DNA of 64,000 bases from Macrostomum lignano. Taxonomy: Eukaryota. Under the pieces are notes generated by a model. It had not been told where the DNA came from, did no database searches, and worked only from the letters and a program-made list of their open reading frames with translations. How positions within the stretch are numbered: the stretch's first letter is position 1; every line of letters starts with the position of its first letter. Below, piece after piece: positions 38,741 through 61,119 of this stretch. Both the position numbers and the translations under genes were made by a program. The DNA is taken from assembly GCA_002269645.1 (NCBI GenBank), contig NIVC01000461.1, forward strand, positions 1 through 64,000, in the 5' to 3' direction.

Positions 38741-38773
<33 letters not shown>

Positions 38774-38778
38774 GGCAG
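38608..38778. repeat. (GACA)n microsatellite
   Basis: Direct reading. Confidence 0.97.
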
Positions 38779-39106
38779 ACTCGGCATTGAGAAATCATTG
38801 GTTTTAAAATGAGAAAAAAGTAGAACTACTGAAGCGAATGTAGCGGCTTATGCAAAAAATATGTGGTCAGCTCATACAGCTGGGCTTTTCAATATTTCAA
38901 AACTGGAAAAATATTTTTATATGCGAACCAAAAACGTAATTATATCTATTCAGGGAAAATAAATGCACATGGAGTGTTAAAACTGACAAAATAGCTAAAA
39001 GAGAAAATCGAATGTGTTTTCAAAAAAAATCTATTCAATATTGCCATCCTTTAACAGTCTACTGGCAGTAGAAATATCAGCAAATTTTTCATCAATTATC
39101 GACAAT

Positions 39107-39241
39107 CTAAGCGTGCTCCGGATGATTGCGCAGCGTATCGATGAACTTCTCGGGGGCGAGGCGCCTCTCGCAGATAAGGTGAACAGCCGCCATCAGAGGG
39201 AATTCGGCTAGACGGTCCGCAGCCTGCAGGCCTGTGTACAC
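39107..39241 (-). CDS. GPD1: GPD1 exon 5 (terminal)
   Basis: [44 protein letters not shown]. Confidence 0.95.
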   Translation of the reverse strand: MYTGLQAADRLAEFPLMAAVHLICERRLAPEKFIDTLRNHPEHA

Positions 39242-42179
39242 CTGCGAGTCCGTGTTCGGGGCGTTGTGACTGCTATGGAAGTAACTGCTTTCACCTCAGT
39301 CCTGGAATCTGCCTCTCCGCTCCCACTCAGTGTAGAAATCTGCCTCTCCGCTCCCACCTCAGTTCTCTACCCCTAGCAGCAAAGATCTATCAGGCAATTA
39401 GCGCAAGCACCTCGGCAGCAGTCTGCGGTCCCTGCAGCTTCTGGCCGTTGAGCAGCTCGTCCTCCAGCTGGCTGATTGGCTTGCCAGTCTTCACGAAGGC
39501 CTCGGCCAGCCGGCGATTCCGGCCACCGTAACAGGTCGTCACCAGGTCGGCGATGCCGCACGACTCAAAGAAGGTCCGGTCCTGGACACCTGTCGGGAGT
39601 GCGGGCGGCCAGATTGGGGCAGCGGGTGCTTCAGACTGAGCTCATTTTTAGCAAAATAAATTAGCAGGCTAAAATTTCAAATTAATTGCTATGGGCAGCT
39701 TAGCACTTTTAGAACATCATAATAGAACCTTATAATCTCTTAGAACCAATTAGGACAGTTTAGAACCCATTAGGACAGTTTAGAACCAATTAGGACAGTT
39801 TAGAACCCATTAGGACGGTTTAGAACCCATTAGGACAGTTTAGAACCCATTCGAACGATTTAGAACCCAGGACAGTTTAGAATCCATTCGAATGGTTTAG
39901 AACCCATTATTAGGACAGTTTAGAAACCATTAGGACAGTTTAGAACCCATTAGGACAGTTTAGAACCCATTAGGACGGTTTAGCACCCATTAGGACAGTT
40001 TAGAACCCATTAGGACGGTTTAGAACCCATTAGGACGGTTTAGCACCCATTAGGACAGTTTAGAACCCATTAGGACGGTTTAGCACCCATTAGGACAGTT
40101 TAGAACCCATTAGGACAGTTTAGCACCCATTAGGACAGTTTAGCACCCATTAGGACGGTTTAGAACCCATTAGGACAGTTTAGCACCCATTAGGACGGTT
40201 TAGAACCCATTAGGACAGTTTAGAACCCATTAGGACGGTTTAGAACCCATTAGGACAGTTTAGAACCCATTAGAACGGTTTAGAACCCATTAGGACGGTT
40301 TAGAACCCATTAGGACGGTTTAGAACCCATTAGGACAGTTTAGAACCCATTAGGACAGTTTAGCACCCATTAGGACAGTTTAGCACCCATTAGGACAGTT
40401 TAGAACCCATTATTAGGACAGTTTAGAACCCATTAGGACAGTTTAGCACCCATTAGGACAGTTTAGAACCCATTATTAGGACAGTTTAGCACCCATTAGG
40501 ACGGTTTAGAACCCATTAGGACGGTTTAGAACCCATTAGGACAGTTTAGAACCCATTAGGACGGTTTAGAACCCATTAGGACAGTTTAGAACCCATTAGG
40601 ACGGTTTAGAACCCATTAGGACAGTTTAGAACCCATTAGGACGGTTTAGAACCCATTAGGACAGTTTAGAACCCATTAGAACGGTTTAGAACCCATTAGG
40701 ACGGTTTAGAACCCATTAGGACGGTTTAGAACCCATTAGGACAGTTTAGAACCCATTAGGACGGTTTAGAACCCATTAGGACAGTTTAGAACCCATTAGG
40801 ACAGTTTAGAACCCATTAGGACAGTTTAGCACCCATTAGGACAGTTTAGCACCCATTAGGACAGTTTAGAACCCATTATTAGGACAGTTTAGAACCCATT
40901 AGGACAGTTTAGCACCCATTAGGACAGTTTAGAACCCATTATTAGGACAGTTTAGCACCCATTAGGACGGTTTAGAACCCACTAGGACGGTTTAGAACCC
41001 ATTAGGACAGTTTAGAACCCATTAGGACGGTTTAGAACCCATTAGGACAGTTTAGAACCCATTAGGACGGTTTAGAACCCATTAGGACAGTTTAGAACCC
41101 ATTAGGACGGTTTAGAACCCATTAGGACAGTTTAGAACCCATTAGAACGGTTTAGAACCCATTAGGACGGTTTAGAACCCATTAGGACGGTTTAGAACCC
41201 ATTAGGACAGTTTAGAACCCATTAGGACGGTTTAGAACCCATTAGGACAGTTTAGAACCCATTAGGACAGTTTAGCACCCATTAGGGCAGTTTAGAACCC
41301 ATTAGGACGGTTTAGAACCCATTAGGACGGTTTAGAACCCATTAGGGCAGCAGTTCGACAATCCATTAACAGGCCAGTTTAAGCCTACAATAAAATGCAC
41401 ACCAACACAGAGAACGGACGCAACTTACCCTTGGACGCATAGAAAGTGCGCATGAACTTCATCATTTCCATCAGGCCCAACCGGATGATGGCCGCCTTGG
41501 TGTTGTCCCCGTAGCCCAGGCCGTCGCAGAAGCCGGCCCCAGTGGCCACCACATTTTTCAGCGCGCCGCAGAGTTCAACGCCAACCTCGTCGGAGGTGGT
41601 GCCGATGCGAAAGTAGTTGGTCTCGAATAGGGCTTTGAGCTCGCGGGCTCGGCTCGGGTCCCGACTGCCGACCGTGGCCTCGCAGAATGTTTCCTAGGGT
41701 AAGGGGTCAGGGCTACTGAGTCTTCCCGCTTCCTCCCAATCAGCCCCCCCCCCCTCCCAATCTGCCGCTTCCTCCCAATCTGCCCCTCCCCTCCCAATCT
41801 GCCGCTTCCTCCCAATCTGCCGCTTCCTCCCAATCTGCCCCTCCCCTCCCAATCTGCCGCTTCCTCCCAATCTGCCGCTTCCTCCCAATCTGCCGCTTCC
41901 TCCCAATCTGCCGCTTCCTCTCAATCTGCCACTTCCTCCCAATCCGCCCCTCCCTCCCAATCCGCCCCTCCTTCCCAATCCGCCCCTCCCTCCCAATCCG
42001 CCCCTCCCTTCCAATCCGCCCCTCCCTCCCAGCCAGCCTCCTCATTCGCAGTCCCCCCAGTTTAATCCGTCTGCATCACCTGTGCCACCTCGGGCGCCAG
42101 ATTGGCTCCCATCAGCACGGCGCAGTCAACCTCCAGCTGCTGGCGAATGAGATCCGACAATAGCACCAGGCCGCCGCCT

Positions 42180-42214
<35 letters not shown>

Positions 42215-43891
42215 TGCCGGCTCCACGTGGATGCCTTTAATCAGCGACACAGCGTAGGCGCCCGACCGAAATTTGGCGCGCTGCTGGCGCAAAGTCCGAC
42301 AGGCCGGCAGCAAGAACTGGTGGGGTAGCACGAATACAAAAATATCCGCCCATTCGCCCAGGCTCGGCAGGTCGGGCGTGGCCACTAAGGTGTCCGGCAG
42401 GGCGATGCCGGGCAGGTATTTCACGTTCTCGTGCCGGCTGTTGATTATGCCCGACAGCGGCTGCCCGTCAACCGTCTCTTCGAATACCCACATTCGAACC
42501 TGGTCGAATATTTATCGTGACAAGGAATTCGAATACAAGATAATCTACTTAGCGTTTATTGAAGGTCATGGTTAATAATAATGATAACTGATTACACCTG
42601 CCCTAATGACAGATGTGCAACCGACAGCTCAGCCGCAGCTATTGCGCAGCGCATCTGAAGGCTGCGTACGGCTGTTCAGTCCAAAGACTGGGGGGCCACA
42701 TACACACTCTCAATTACCCCAGCTAATGCTGGCACCCATTTTACAGCTGGATGAACTGAAGCAAGACAAAACTAAGTCTTGCTCAAGGACACAAATTGTT
42801 CGGAGTGGGTCGAGAATCGAACCCTCAACCCAGTCGTGAGTCCGATGCTCTAGACCACTAGGCTACAACTCTTAGCATGATTAGCAAAAACGATATAGCA
42901 TAAATTAATGGTGTGGATTGAATTCATTGAAATTCTGCTCGTAGCGCGTATACTAACTTTAATGTAAATGACGTTTAAGCTGACTTTTCGATGTATATTC
43001 ACAAGACAATAATAATTCTCTCAGGTTAATAATTTCTCATTCAGATTTATGACTTCTAGTGTCCCTGATTAGATAGTACTCTAGTAAAGTATAACACTCG
43101 ATATTTTAATTAAAAAAATAGGTTATTTATTTAAAATATGTCCACGTTTTGAAAACAGAGCTTGAATATATAAGCATATTGGCAACTAATATATACTTTC
43201 ATCAATAACAAGCAGCTGATAACAAGTAACAGAACTGCTGCAGATAACTTAAGTTGGTCCCTTGAATTTTGTATTTCAATGAGCACTTATTTGCTCATTA
43301 GCTTCCAACTTCATATAGTTTAAAATAATTCAAATAGTTTAAAAAAGATTTTATCATGATACTTCTTAGATAATGTAATATAACATTTGATGTTACAATA
43401 GTTCATTTAAAATCCAACTTTAAATAAAATAAATGGAAAATGGATCATCAACATCATAGTATAATAAGAAAACAAACCCGAATCAAATGGTTAATTCACT
43501 GTGTCTCTGGCTCTTTCTTGACTACGATCATTCTGAAATGATATATTCCAATAGAATCTATTGTATCATGAATTGTGGAGGATTGGCAGCCTTAATGATA
43601 GCCTTCATATTAAATCGAGCAAGAATTCATATCACAAGTAGAATATGTTTATATGACAACTAAAACTGACTAAAAAATCTCGCTGTTATTTTTAAAATAT
43701 TTTCTGATTAAATGCCATTTTATTAAAATATTAGCACTATTTATTCAAATAAATCAATAAAAAGTAGAAAATGCGAACGCACACCTTACCTCCTTGTTAA
43801 AGAGAGATGATACCAATGCATTCTTAGCACAAATTTTAGCTATACAGGTACCCCAATTGCCTGACCCAATAATAGCAACGTTTCTAGCCAT
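39107..43891 (-). CDS. GPD1: Glycerol-3-phosphate dehydrogenase [NAD+], cytosolic type, 5 exons, 366 aa
   Basis: Exons 43891-43790, 42499-42080, 41693-41429, 39589-39411, 39241-39107, all with GT-AG introns. Motifs: IIGSGNWG (Rossmann), [71 protein letters not shown]. Confidence 0.97.
39411..39589 (-). CDS. GPD1: GPD1 exon 4
   Basis: [55 protein letters not shown]. Confidence 0.96.
39738..41345. repeat. 20-bp minisatellite (GGACAGTTTAGAACCCATTA), about 80 copies, in GPD1 intron 3
   Basis: Direct reading. Confidence 0.98.
41429..41693 (-). CDS. GPD1: GPD1 exon 3
   Basis: ETFCEATVG...[39 protein letters not shown]; ctag acceptor, G|gtaagt donor. Confidence 0.97.
41721..42030. repeat. 18-bp C-rich minisatellite (CCTCCCAATCTGCCGCTT) filling GPD1 intron 2
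   Basis: Direct reading. Confidence 0.95.
42080..42499 (-). CDS. GPD1: GPD1 exon 2 (includes the Gly15 tract)
   Basis: VRMWVFEE...HENVKYLPG...[12 protein letters not shown]; cag acceptor, CAG|gtgatg donor. Confidence 0.97.
42570..42871 (-). mobile_element. tRNA-derived SINE with a CORE-like central domain, in GPD1 intron 1
   Basis: The minus-strand head has an A box (TAGCCTAGTGG) and a B box (GGTTCGATTCT). It is followed by TGTGTCCTTGAGCAAGAC...CATCCAGCTGTAAAATGGGTGCC and a (TTA)n-like tail near 42575. Confidence 0.7.
43790..43891 (-). CDS. GPD1: GPD1 exon 1 ([34 protein letters not shown])
   Basis: ATG, GxGxxG motif, GAG|gtaagg donor. Confidence 0.93.
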
Positions 43892-45392
43892 ATTTGTGAG
43901 AAAAATATTTATGCAAATCAGAATTCGAAGTTAATAAAATTATTATCGTGTGAGGTAAATGTTAAAAATACACAGCGGCTAAAGTAGCATTGAATTTGTT
44001 CAATATCAAGCTTTATTTTAAAAACAGCGGGCATGGTATTACAGTGCTGATCTCTATGCCTTTCAAGTGTAAATTCAGCTAACGTTCAATTTTTGTAACA
44101 CAACTATTCATACAGCTGTATCATTTGTTCCGTTGCAATTTTACTAAGGGTTATTTTTTGTTTAAAGGATAAGATTAAGTAAATTAAAACCGGCTTTGTA
44201 AACGGACAGATTTCAAATTTACTAAGCCTAGACTAATTTAAGAACGACTTCCGTAGACCACAAACTCCTGCGGGGTTTCTGTGGGAACGAATTAGCTGAA
44301 GACACATTATTTGACCCAGTTACAATTGATCAATACAGAGTTACTAAAATTCCCAGACGCTATACATTACCCGATGTTGCGATGTACAATTTATTATTGT
44401 GTTTTAACTGATATTATACGATCGACTGTTCGAGCGAATATTAATATTATAAATAAAGAATTATATTGTACAAAAGTAACCCTGGATCTCAAAGTACTTG
44501 ATTTTAACAACGATGTGTGTATATAGCACGAACTTCTACAATACACAATTTGAGATTTGAGTTGAGTTAATTTGAGATCGTATGTTACCATGCCAAACAT
44601 CTGTGAGTCGTCAGTTTCCAAATTTAGTTGTTTTTATTAAAAAAAATGTAACCATTTTCGTAATTTTCGTAAATCTTCACCAATGGCTTTATGCATCATG
44701 CAATGTAGGCCCTACATGTAGTTAGCGTATGATTAGTACATGTATAGTTTAGCTCCAACAATAAACCCATTCTCAATGTAATAAATAAGAAACACTGGGT
44801 AAGCAGATAATAAATTAAATTTAGCGGCATGTTTCTCATAACCGAGCTATTTAAATGACTGAAGATTCTAACCCTGTACTATTGCATTTTTGTCTGATAA
44901 AGGCGCACGGCGGACTAAATAAAATACCTTCGAATAAAAATACACACCCAGAAAAACTGTGCATCTCTTCACGGCATATCTATATACACGTATATAGTAC
45001 TGACAACAAAAACAAACGATAAATCAAAACATGACAAGCAGAAAATTATTTGAGAAGTGTCAGTGCCAGAGGAAAATTGCTAATGCTAAGCGAACTCAGC
45101 CTGAACTCTGAGCAATTTAAAACGCAAAGAAAAAGGAGCAACAAAATCAAATTGCGAGAATTCAGGGCGGCAGAACAATCAGCAGCAGCAGACAGGGTTC
45201 TATAGGGGATTCGAGAAAAAAAACATTAAGTAATAGATCTTAGGCTTGGCTCAAGTCTGAACCTGTTAAGAGCAAAATAATAGTACGGGAATAAAGTATA
45301 ATATCTAATAAATGTAACTCATAAAACGCGCATTTCATCTCTGCCTGCAGTAAAGTAATTGAAAGCAAACAAAAAGGCACGCAGACAAGTGT

Positions 45393-45497
<105 letters not shown>

Positions 45498-46395
45498 GAC
45501 ACAGATCTAAATCCAACACCAGCTTGAAGTAGTGATGAAACGAACATTGGTCTAGTTGTTAAGGAAACACTTCAATGTTAAAAGCAAATGCGCGACAAAC
45601 ACCTCCAGCCTTTGGTTACCAGGGGGATAGGGAGAGAATCTTTTAGAAAAAAATCAAATAAAATAACAAATTTGAAAATTTCTTAAAGCTGCTATTATAT
45701 ATATACGGAGAAACGTTGACATAGCAACGGATTGTTTATCTTGGAAATTTAAAATTCTAAACCATTTGTGCTCTACTATATATTGCGCGATAAGCAATTT
45801 TTGAAATCTAAAAAATAGACAACAGTATCTACTACTTTAAGTAGGAAAGATTCAAAAAAGCAACGCCGCTTCATCAATCAGGATTAACTCTTAAAAAGGT
45901 CAACAAGAATAAAGGAAATGTGTTATATTATTGATTCCAATCACATAAATATCTAATAGATCCGCACGAATGCTTAAAACTGTCTGAACCTGTGATAATA
46001 GATAGGCAGGTGCATTGACTAATAAAGGGATGCTATTAAAAACATCATTACACAAGAACTGCGTTAACAATTATTTAAGTACGCACTTATTTAATTAAGT
46101 AATAATGCAAGCAAGCATATGATTAATTGCAACAGGTTATTATGAATCAAAGCAACAAAGATGACATTTTCTGTCAGAATATGACCAATCCGAGACAAAG
46201 AAGACTAAATTAAAGTTGAAGGGGATTCAACGGAGCATTGGCAAATTATTAGCGAGAATGTAGAAATTGGACCTGTCGGGCATTGGTGCACAGGTTGATG
46301 GCAAGCGATTACAGTTGGGTTTGCGTTTAGTCAGCAAAACCAAAATAAACTGGCTTCGGCAGCGGATGGCAGCTGGCAGAGAGGGGCAGAGGGGT

Positions 46396-48880
46396 ATCTG
46401 GGAGAGGGACATCCTGGTGAAGGATCTGGGAGAGGGACATCCTGGTGAAGGATCTGGGAGAGGGACATCCTGGTGAAGGATCTGGGAGAGGGACATCCTG
46501 GTGAAGGATCTGGGAGAGGGACATCCTGGTGAAGGATCTGGGAGAGGGACATCCTGGTGAAGGATCTGGGAGAGGGACATCCTGGTGAAGGATCTGGGAG
46601 AGGGACATCCTGGTGAAGGATCTGGGAGAGGGACATCTTGGTGAAGGATCTGGGAGAGGGACATCCTGGTGAAGGATCTGGGAGAGGGACATCCTGGTGA
46701 AGGATCTGGGAGAGGGACATCCTGGTGAAGGATCTGGGAGAGGGACATCCTGGTGAAGGATCTGGGAGAGGGACATCCTGGTGAAGGATCTGAGGGACAT
46801 CCTCTTGAAGGATCTGAGGGACATCCTGCTGAAGGATCTGAGGGACATCCTGCTGAAGGATCTGAGGGACATTCTGCTGAAGGATCTGAGGGACATCCTG
46901 CTGAAGGATCTGAGGGACATCCTGCTGAAGGATCTGAGGGACATCCTGCTGAAGGATCTGAGGGACATCCTGCTGAAGGATCTGAGGGACATCCTGCTGA
47001 AGGATCTGAGGGACATCCTGCTGAAGGATCTGGGAGAGGGACATCCTGGTGAAGGATCTGGGAGAGGGACATCCTGGTGAAGGATCTGGGAGAGGGACAT
47101 CCTGGTGAAGGATCTGGGAGAGGGACATCCTGGTGAAGGATCTGAGGGACATCCTCTTGAAGGATCTGAGGGACATCCTGCTGAAGGATCTGAGGGACAT
47201 CCTGCTGAAGGATCTGAGGGACATCCTGCTGAAGGATCTGAGGGACATCCTGCTGAAGGATCTGGGAGAGGGACATCCTGGTGAAGGATCTGGGAGAGGG
47301 ACATCCTGGTGAAGGATCTGGGAGAGGGACATCCTGGTGAAGGATCTGGGAGAGGGACATCCTGGTGAAGGATCTGGGAGAGGGACATCCTGGTGAAGGA
47401 TCTGAGGGACATCCTCTTGAAGGATCTGAGGGACATCCTGCTGAAGGATCTGAGGGACATCCTGCTGAAGGATCTGAGGGACATTCTGCTGAAGGATCTG
47501 AGGGACATTCTGCTGAAGGATCTGAGGGACATCCTGCTGAAGGATCTGAGGGACATCCTGCTGAAGGATCTGAGGGACATCCTGCTGAAGGATCTGGGAG
47601 AGGGACATCCTGGTGAAGGATCTGAGGGACATTCTCTTGAAGGATATGGGAGAGGGACATCCTGCTGAAGGATCTGGGAGAGGGACATCCTGGTGAAGGA
47701 TCTGGGAGAGGGACATCCTGGTGAAGGATCTGGGAGAGGGACATCCTGGTGAAGGATCTGGGAGAGGGACATCCTGGTGAAGGATCTGGGAGAGGGACAT
47801 CCTGGTGAAGGATCTGAGGGACATCCTCTTGAAGGATCTGAGGGACATCCTGCTGAAGGATCTGAGGGACATCCTGCTGAAGGATCTGAGGGACATTCTG
47901 CTGAAGGATCTGAGGGACATTCTGCTGAAGGATCTGAGGGACATCCTGCTGAAGGATCTGAGGGACATCCTGCTGAAGGATCTGAGGGACATCCTGCTGA
48001 AGGATCTGGGAGAGGGACATCCTGGTGAAGGATCTGAGGGACATTCTCTTGAAGGATATGGGAGAGGGACATCCTGCTGAAGGATCTGGGAGAGGGACAT
48101 CCTGGTGAAGGATCTGGGAGAGGGACATCCTGGTGAAGGATCTGGGAGAGGGACATCCTGGTGAAGGATCTGGGAGAGGGACATCCTGGTGAAGGATCTG
48201 AGGGACATCCTCTTGAAGGATCTGGGAGAGGGACATCCTGGTGAAGGATCTGGGAGAGGGACATCCTGGTGAAGGATCTGGGAGAGGGACATCCTGGTGA
48301 AGGATCTGAGGGACATTCTCTTGAAGGATCTGGGAGAGGGACATCCTGCTGAAGGATCTGGGAGAGGGACATCCTGGTGAAGGATCTGAGGGACATTCTC
48401 TTGAAGGATCTGGGAGAGGGACATCCTGCTGAAGGATCTGGGAGAGGGACATCCTGGTGAAGGATTTGGGAGAGGGACATCCTGGTGAAGGATCTGGGAG
48501 AGGGACATCCTGGTGAAGGATCTGAGGGACATCCTCTTGAAGGATCTGAGGGACATCCTGCTGAAGGATCTGAGGGACATCCTGCTGAAGGATCTGAGGG
48601 ACATCCTGCTGAAGGATCTGAGGGACATTCTGCTGAAGGATCTGAGGGACATCCTGCTGAAGGATCTGAGGGACATCCTGCTGAAGGATCTGGGAGAGGG
48701 ACATCCTGGTGAAGGATCTGAGGGACATTCTCTTGAAGGATCTGGGAGAGGGACATCCTGCTGAAGGATCTGGGAGAGGGACATCCTGCTGAAGAATCTG
48801 AGGGACATCCTGCTGAAGGATCTGGGAGAGGGACATCCTGCTGAAGGATCTGAGGGACATCCTGTTGAAGGATCTGGGAG
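46396..48880. repeat. Mixed 28/24-bp minisatellite (GAAGGATCTGGGAGAGGGACATCCTGGT / GAAGGATCTGAGGGACATCCTGCT)
   Basis: Direct reading; includes a 412-bp higher-order duplication (47365 vs 47777). Source of the 800-900 aa ORFs. Confidence 0.98.
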
Positions 48881-48967
48881 ATGCAACCTCAAAAACGGCA
48901 GCAGAAACGGACAGAAACGCTGCACTGAGCAATCGCGGTTGGTCCGCATCTACGCTGCAAACCTGCT

Positions 48968-58870
<9,903 letters not shown>

Positions 58871-58874
58871 TCAG

Positions 58875-60270
58875 GAGTCTGGCTGCTCAACCTGAGGATC
58901 TGGCAGTCTGGCTGCTGCTCAACCTGAGGATCTGGCAGTCTGGCTGCTGCTCAATCTGAGGATCTGGGAGTCTGGCTGCTTAATCTGAGGATCTGGGAGT
59001 CTGGCTGCTGCTCAATCTGAGGATCTGGGAGTCTGGCTGCTCAATCTGAGGATCTGGGAGTCTGGCTGCTCAATCTGAGGATCTGGGAGTCTGGCTGCTG
59101 CTCAATCTGAGGATCTGGGAGTCTGGCTGCTCAATCTGAGGATCTGGGAGTCTGGCTGCTCAATCTGAGGATCTGGGAGTCTGGCTGCTGCTCAATCTGA
59201 GGATCTGGGAGTCTGGCTGCTGCTCAACTCTGAGGATCTGGGAGTCTGGCTGCTGCTCAATCTGAGGATCTGGGAGTCTGGCTGCGGCTCAATCTGAGGA
59301 TCTGGGAGTCTGGCTGCTTAATCTGAGGATCTGGGAGTCTGGCTGCTGCTCAATCTGAGGATCTGGGAGTCTGGCTGCTGCTCAATCTGAGGATCTGGGA
59401 GTCTGGCTGCTGCTCAATCTGAGGATCTGGGAGTCTGGCTGCTGCTCAATCTGAGGATCTGGGAGTCTGGCTGCTGCTCAATCTGAGGATCTGGGAGTCT
59501 GGCTGCTGCTCAATCTGAGGATCTGGGAGTCTGGCTGCTCAATCTGAGGATCTGGGAGTCTGGCTGCTGCTCAATCTGAGGATCTGGGAGTCTGGCTGCT
59601 GCTCAACTCTGAGGATCTGGGAGTCTGGCTGCTGCTCAATTTGAGGATCTGGGAGTCTGGCTGCTGCTCAATCTGAGGATCTGGGAGTCTGGCTGCTTAA
59701 TCTGAGGATCTGGGAGTCTGGCTGCTTAATCTGAGGATCTGGGAGTCTGGCTGCTGCTCAATCTGAGGATCTGGGAGTCTGGCTGCTGCTCAATCTGAGG
59801 ATCTGGGAGTCTGGCTGCTTAATCTGAGGATCTGGGAGTCTGGCTGCTGCTCAATCTGAGGATCTGGCAGTCTGGCTGCTGCTCAATCTGAGGATCTGGG
59901 AGTCTGGCTGCTGCTCAATCTGAGGATCTGGGAGTCTGGCTGCTGCTCAATCTGAGGATCTGGGAGTCTGGCTGCTTAATCTGAGGATCTGGGAGTCTGG
60001 CTGCTGCTCAATCTGAGGATCTGGGAGTCTGGCTGCTGCTCAATCTGAGGATCTGGGAGTCTGGCTGCTGCTCAATCTGAGGATCTGGGAGTCTGGCTGC
60101 TCAATCTGAGGATCTGGGAGTCTGGCTGCTTAATCTGAGGATCTGGGAGTCTGGCTGCTGCTCAATCTGAGGATCTGGCAGTCTGGCTGCTGCTTAATCT
60201 GAGGATCTGGCAGTCTGACTACTTAATCTGAGGATCTGGGAGTCTGGCTGCTGCTCAACCTGAGGATCTG
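58875..60270. repeat. 32/29-bp minisatellite (GGCTGCTGCTCAATCTGAGGATCTGGGAGTCT)
   Basis: Direct reading. Confidence 0.98.
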
Positions 60271-61119
60271 GATGAGAGAGGTTTTAAACAATCTATCAAA
60301 ACTAAAAACTGCAAAACATCATTCGGAAAAACCCAAGCCAAATAGACAGTTAAAAGGGCCCCAAGATCTTAAAAGTATCTTGAACTTTGCAGCGATTTCA
60401 ATGCAAATATGGACTCGCTTTTGTGGCAAGCCAAATAAATGGGTATAAAGGAATGGCAAACGTGATTACCGCCTACACATTTTGCCTGCAAAATAGGAGC
60501 ATGGAAACAAGACATCTGCCCCGTTTCCCACTATGGCCCAGGCTGAGAGAGTGGCTGAGAGAGGGGAGAACCAATGCCTGTGAGGTGAATAGGCAAACAC
60601 GGACCATGGCGAGCCTATCAGTCTACTCACGGCTAGCTCACAATAAAAGTACTTATTTATAGTTATCTTGGATTAAAATATTTAGGCACGACCGTAAAAA
60701 GAATTCTTTATCATAAAATTTTATTGACATTACTGTGAACTGCTTGTCAAATGAAAACAAATAGTCTATTCAAATCCTGCCGGTTTGGGAAGTCGGGAAT
60801 TTTTCCCCGGCAACAAATTCCTCTGATTTGTAGATAATAACAATTTAAATTATTCATGGATGCGGTAGCAGCAAGTCTAATATTCCAATGATTTATTACT
60901 ACTAAATTCTATAGTCTTAGACCGAATGCCTTTTTTAAAACACTGCTGATGGCCACTTCTTATTCCGGGAAGTGTCATATTAATTTAATAACTCCGCAAG
61001 TTAGTGGGTGCCATTTTGAATGAATACAATACTTTTGTGCCTTTGAGTTTCTACAAGATGGTTAAAAATGCAGTTTCGTAACCTCTTCCTCTTGAGTCAT
61101 TTCTAATCTTCAAGAAGTG

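Noticed and set aside
42802-42871. Functional tRNA gene
   Set aside because: A and B boxes are present, but I could not close a proper acceptor stem or anticodon arm, and it runs into a SINE-type body.
46227-48949. 809-901 aa ORFs
   Set aside because: Translations of the 28/24-bp array; open in three frames at once, with no non-repeat domain.
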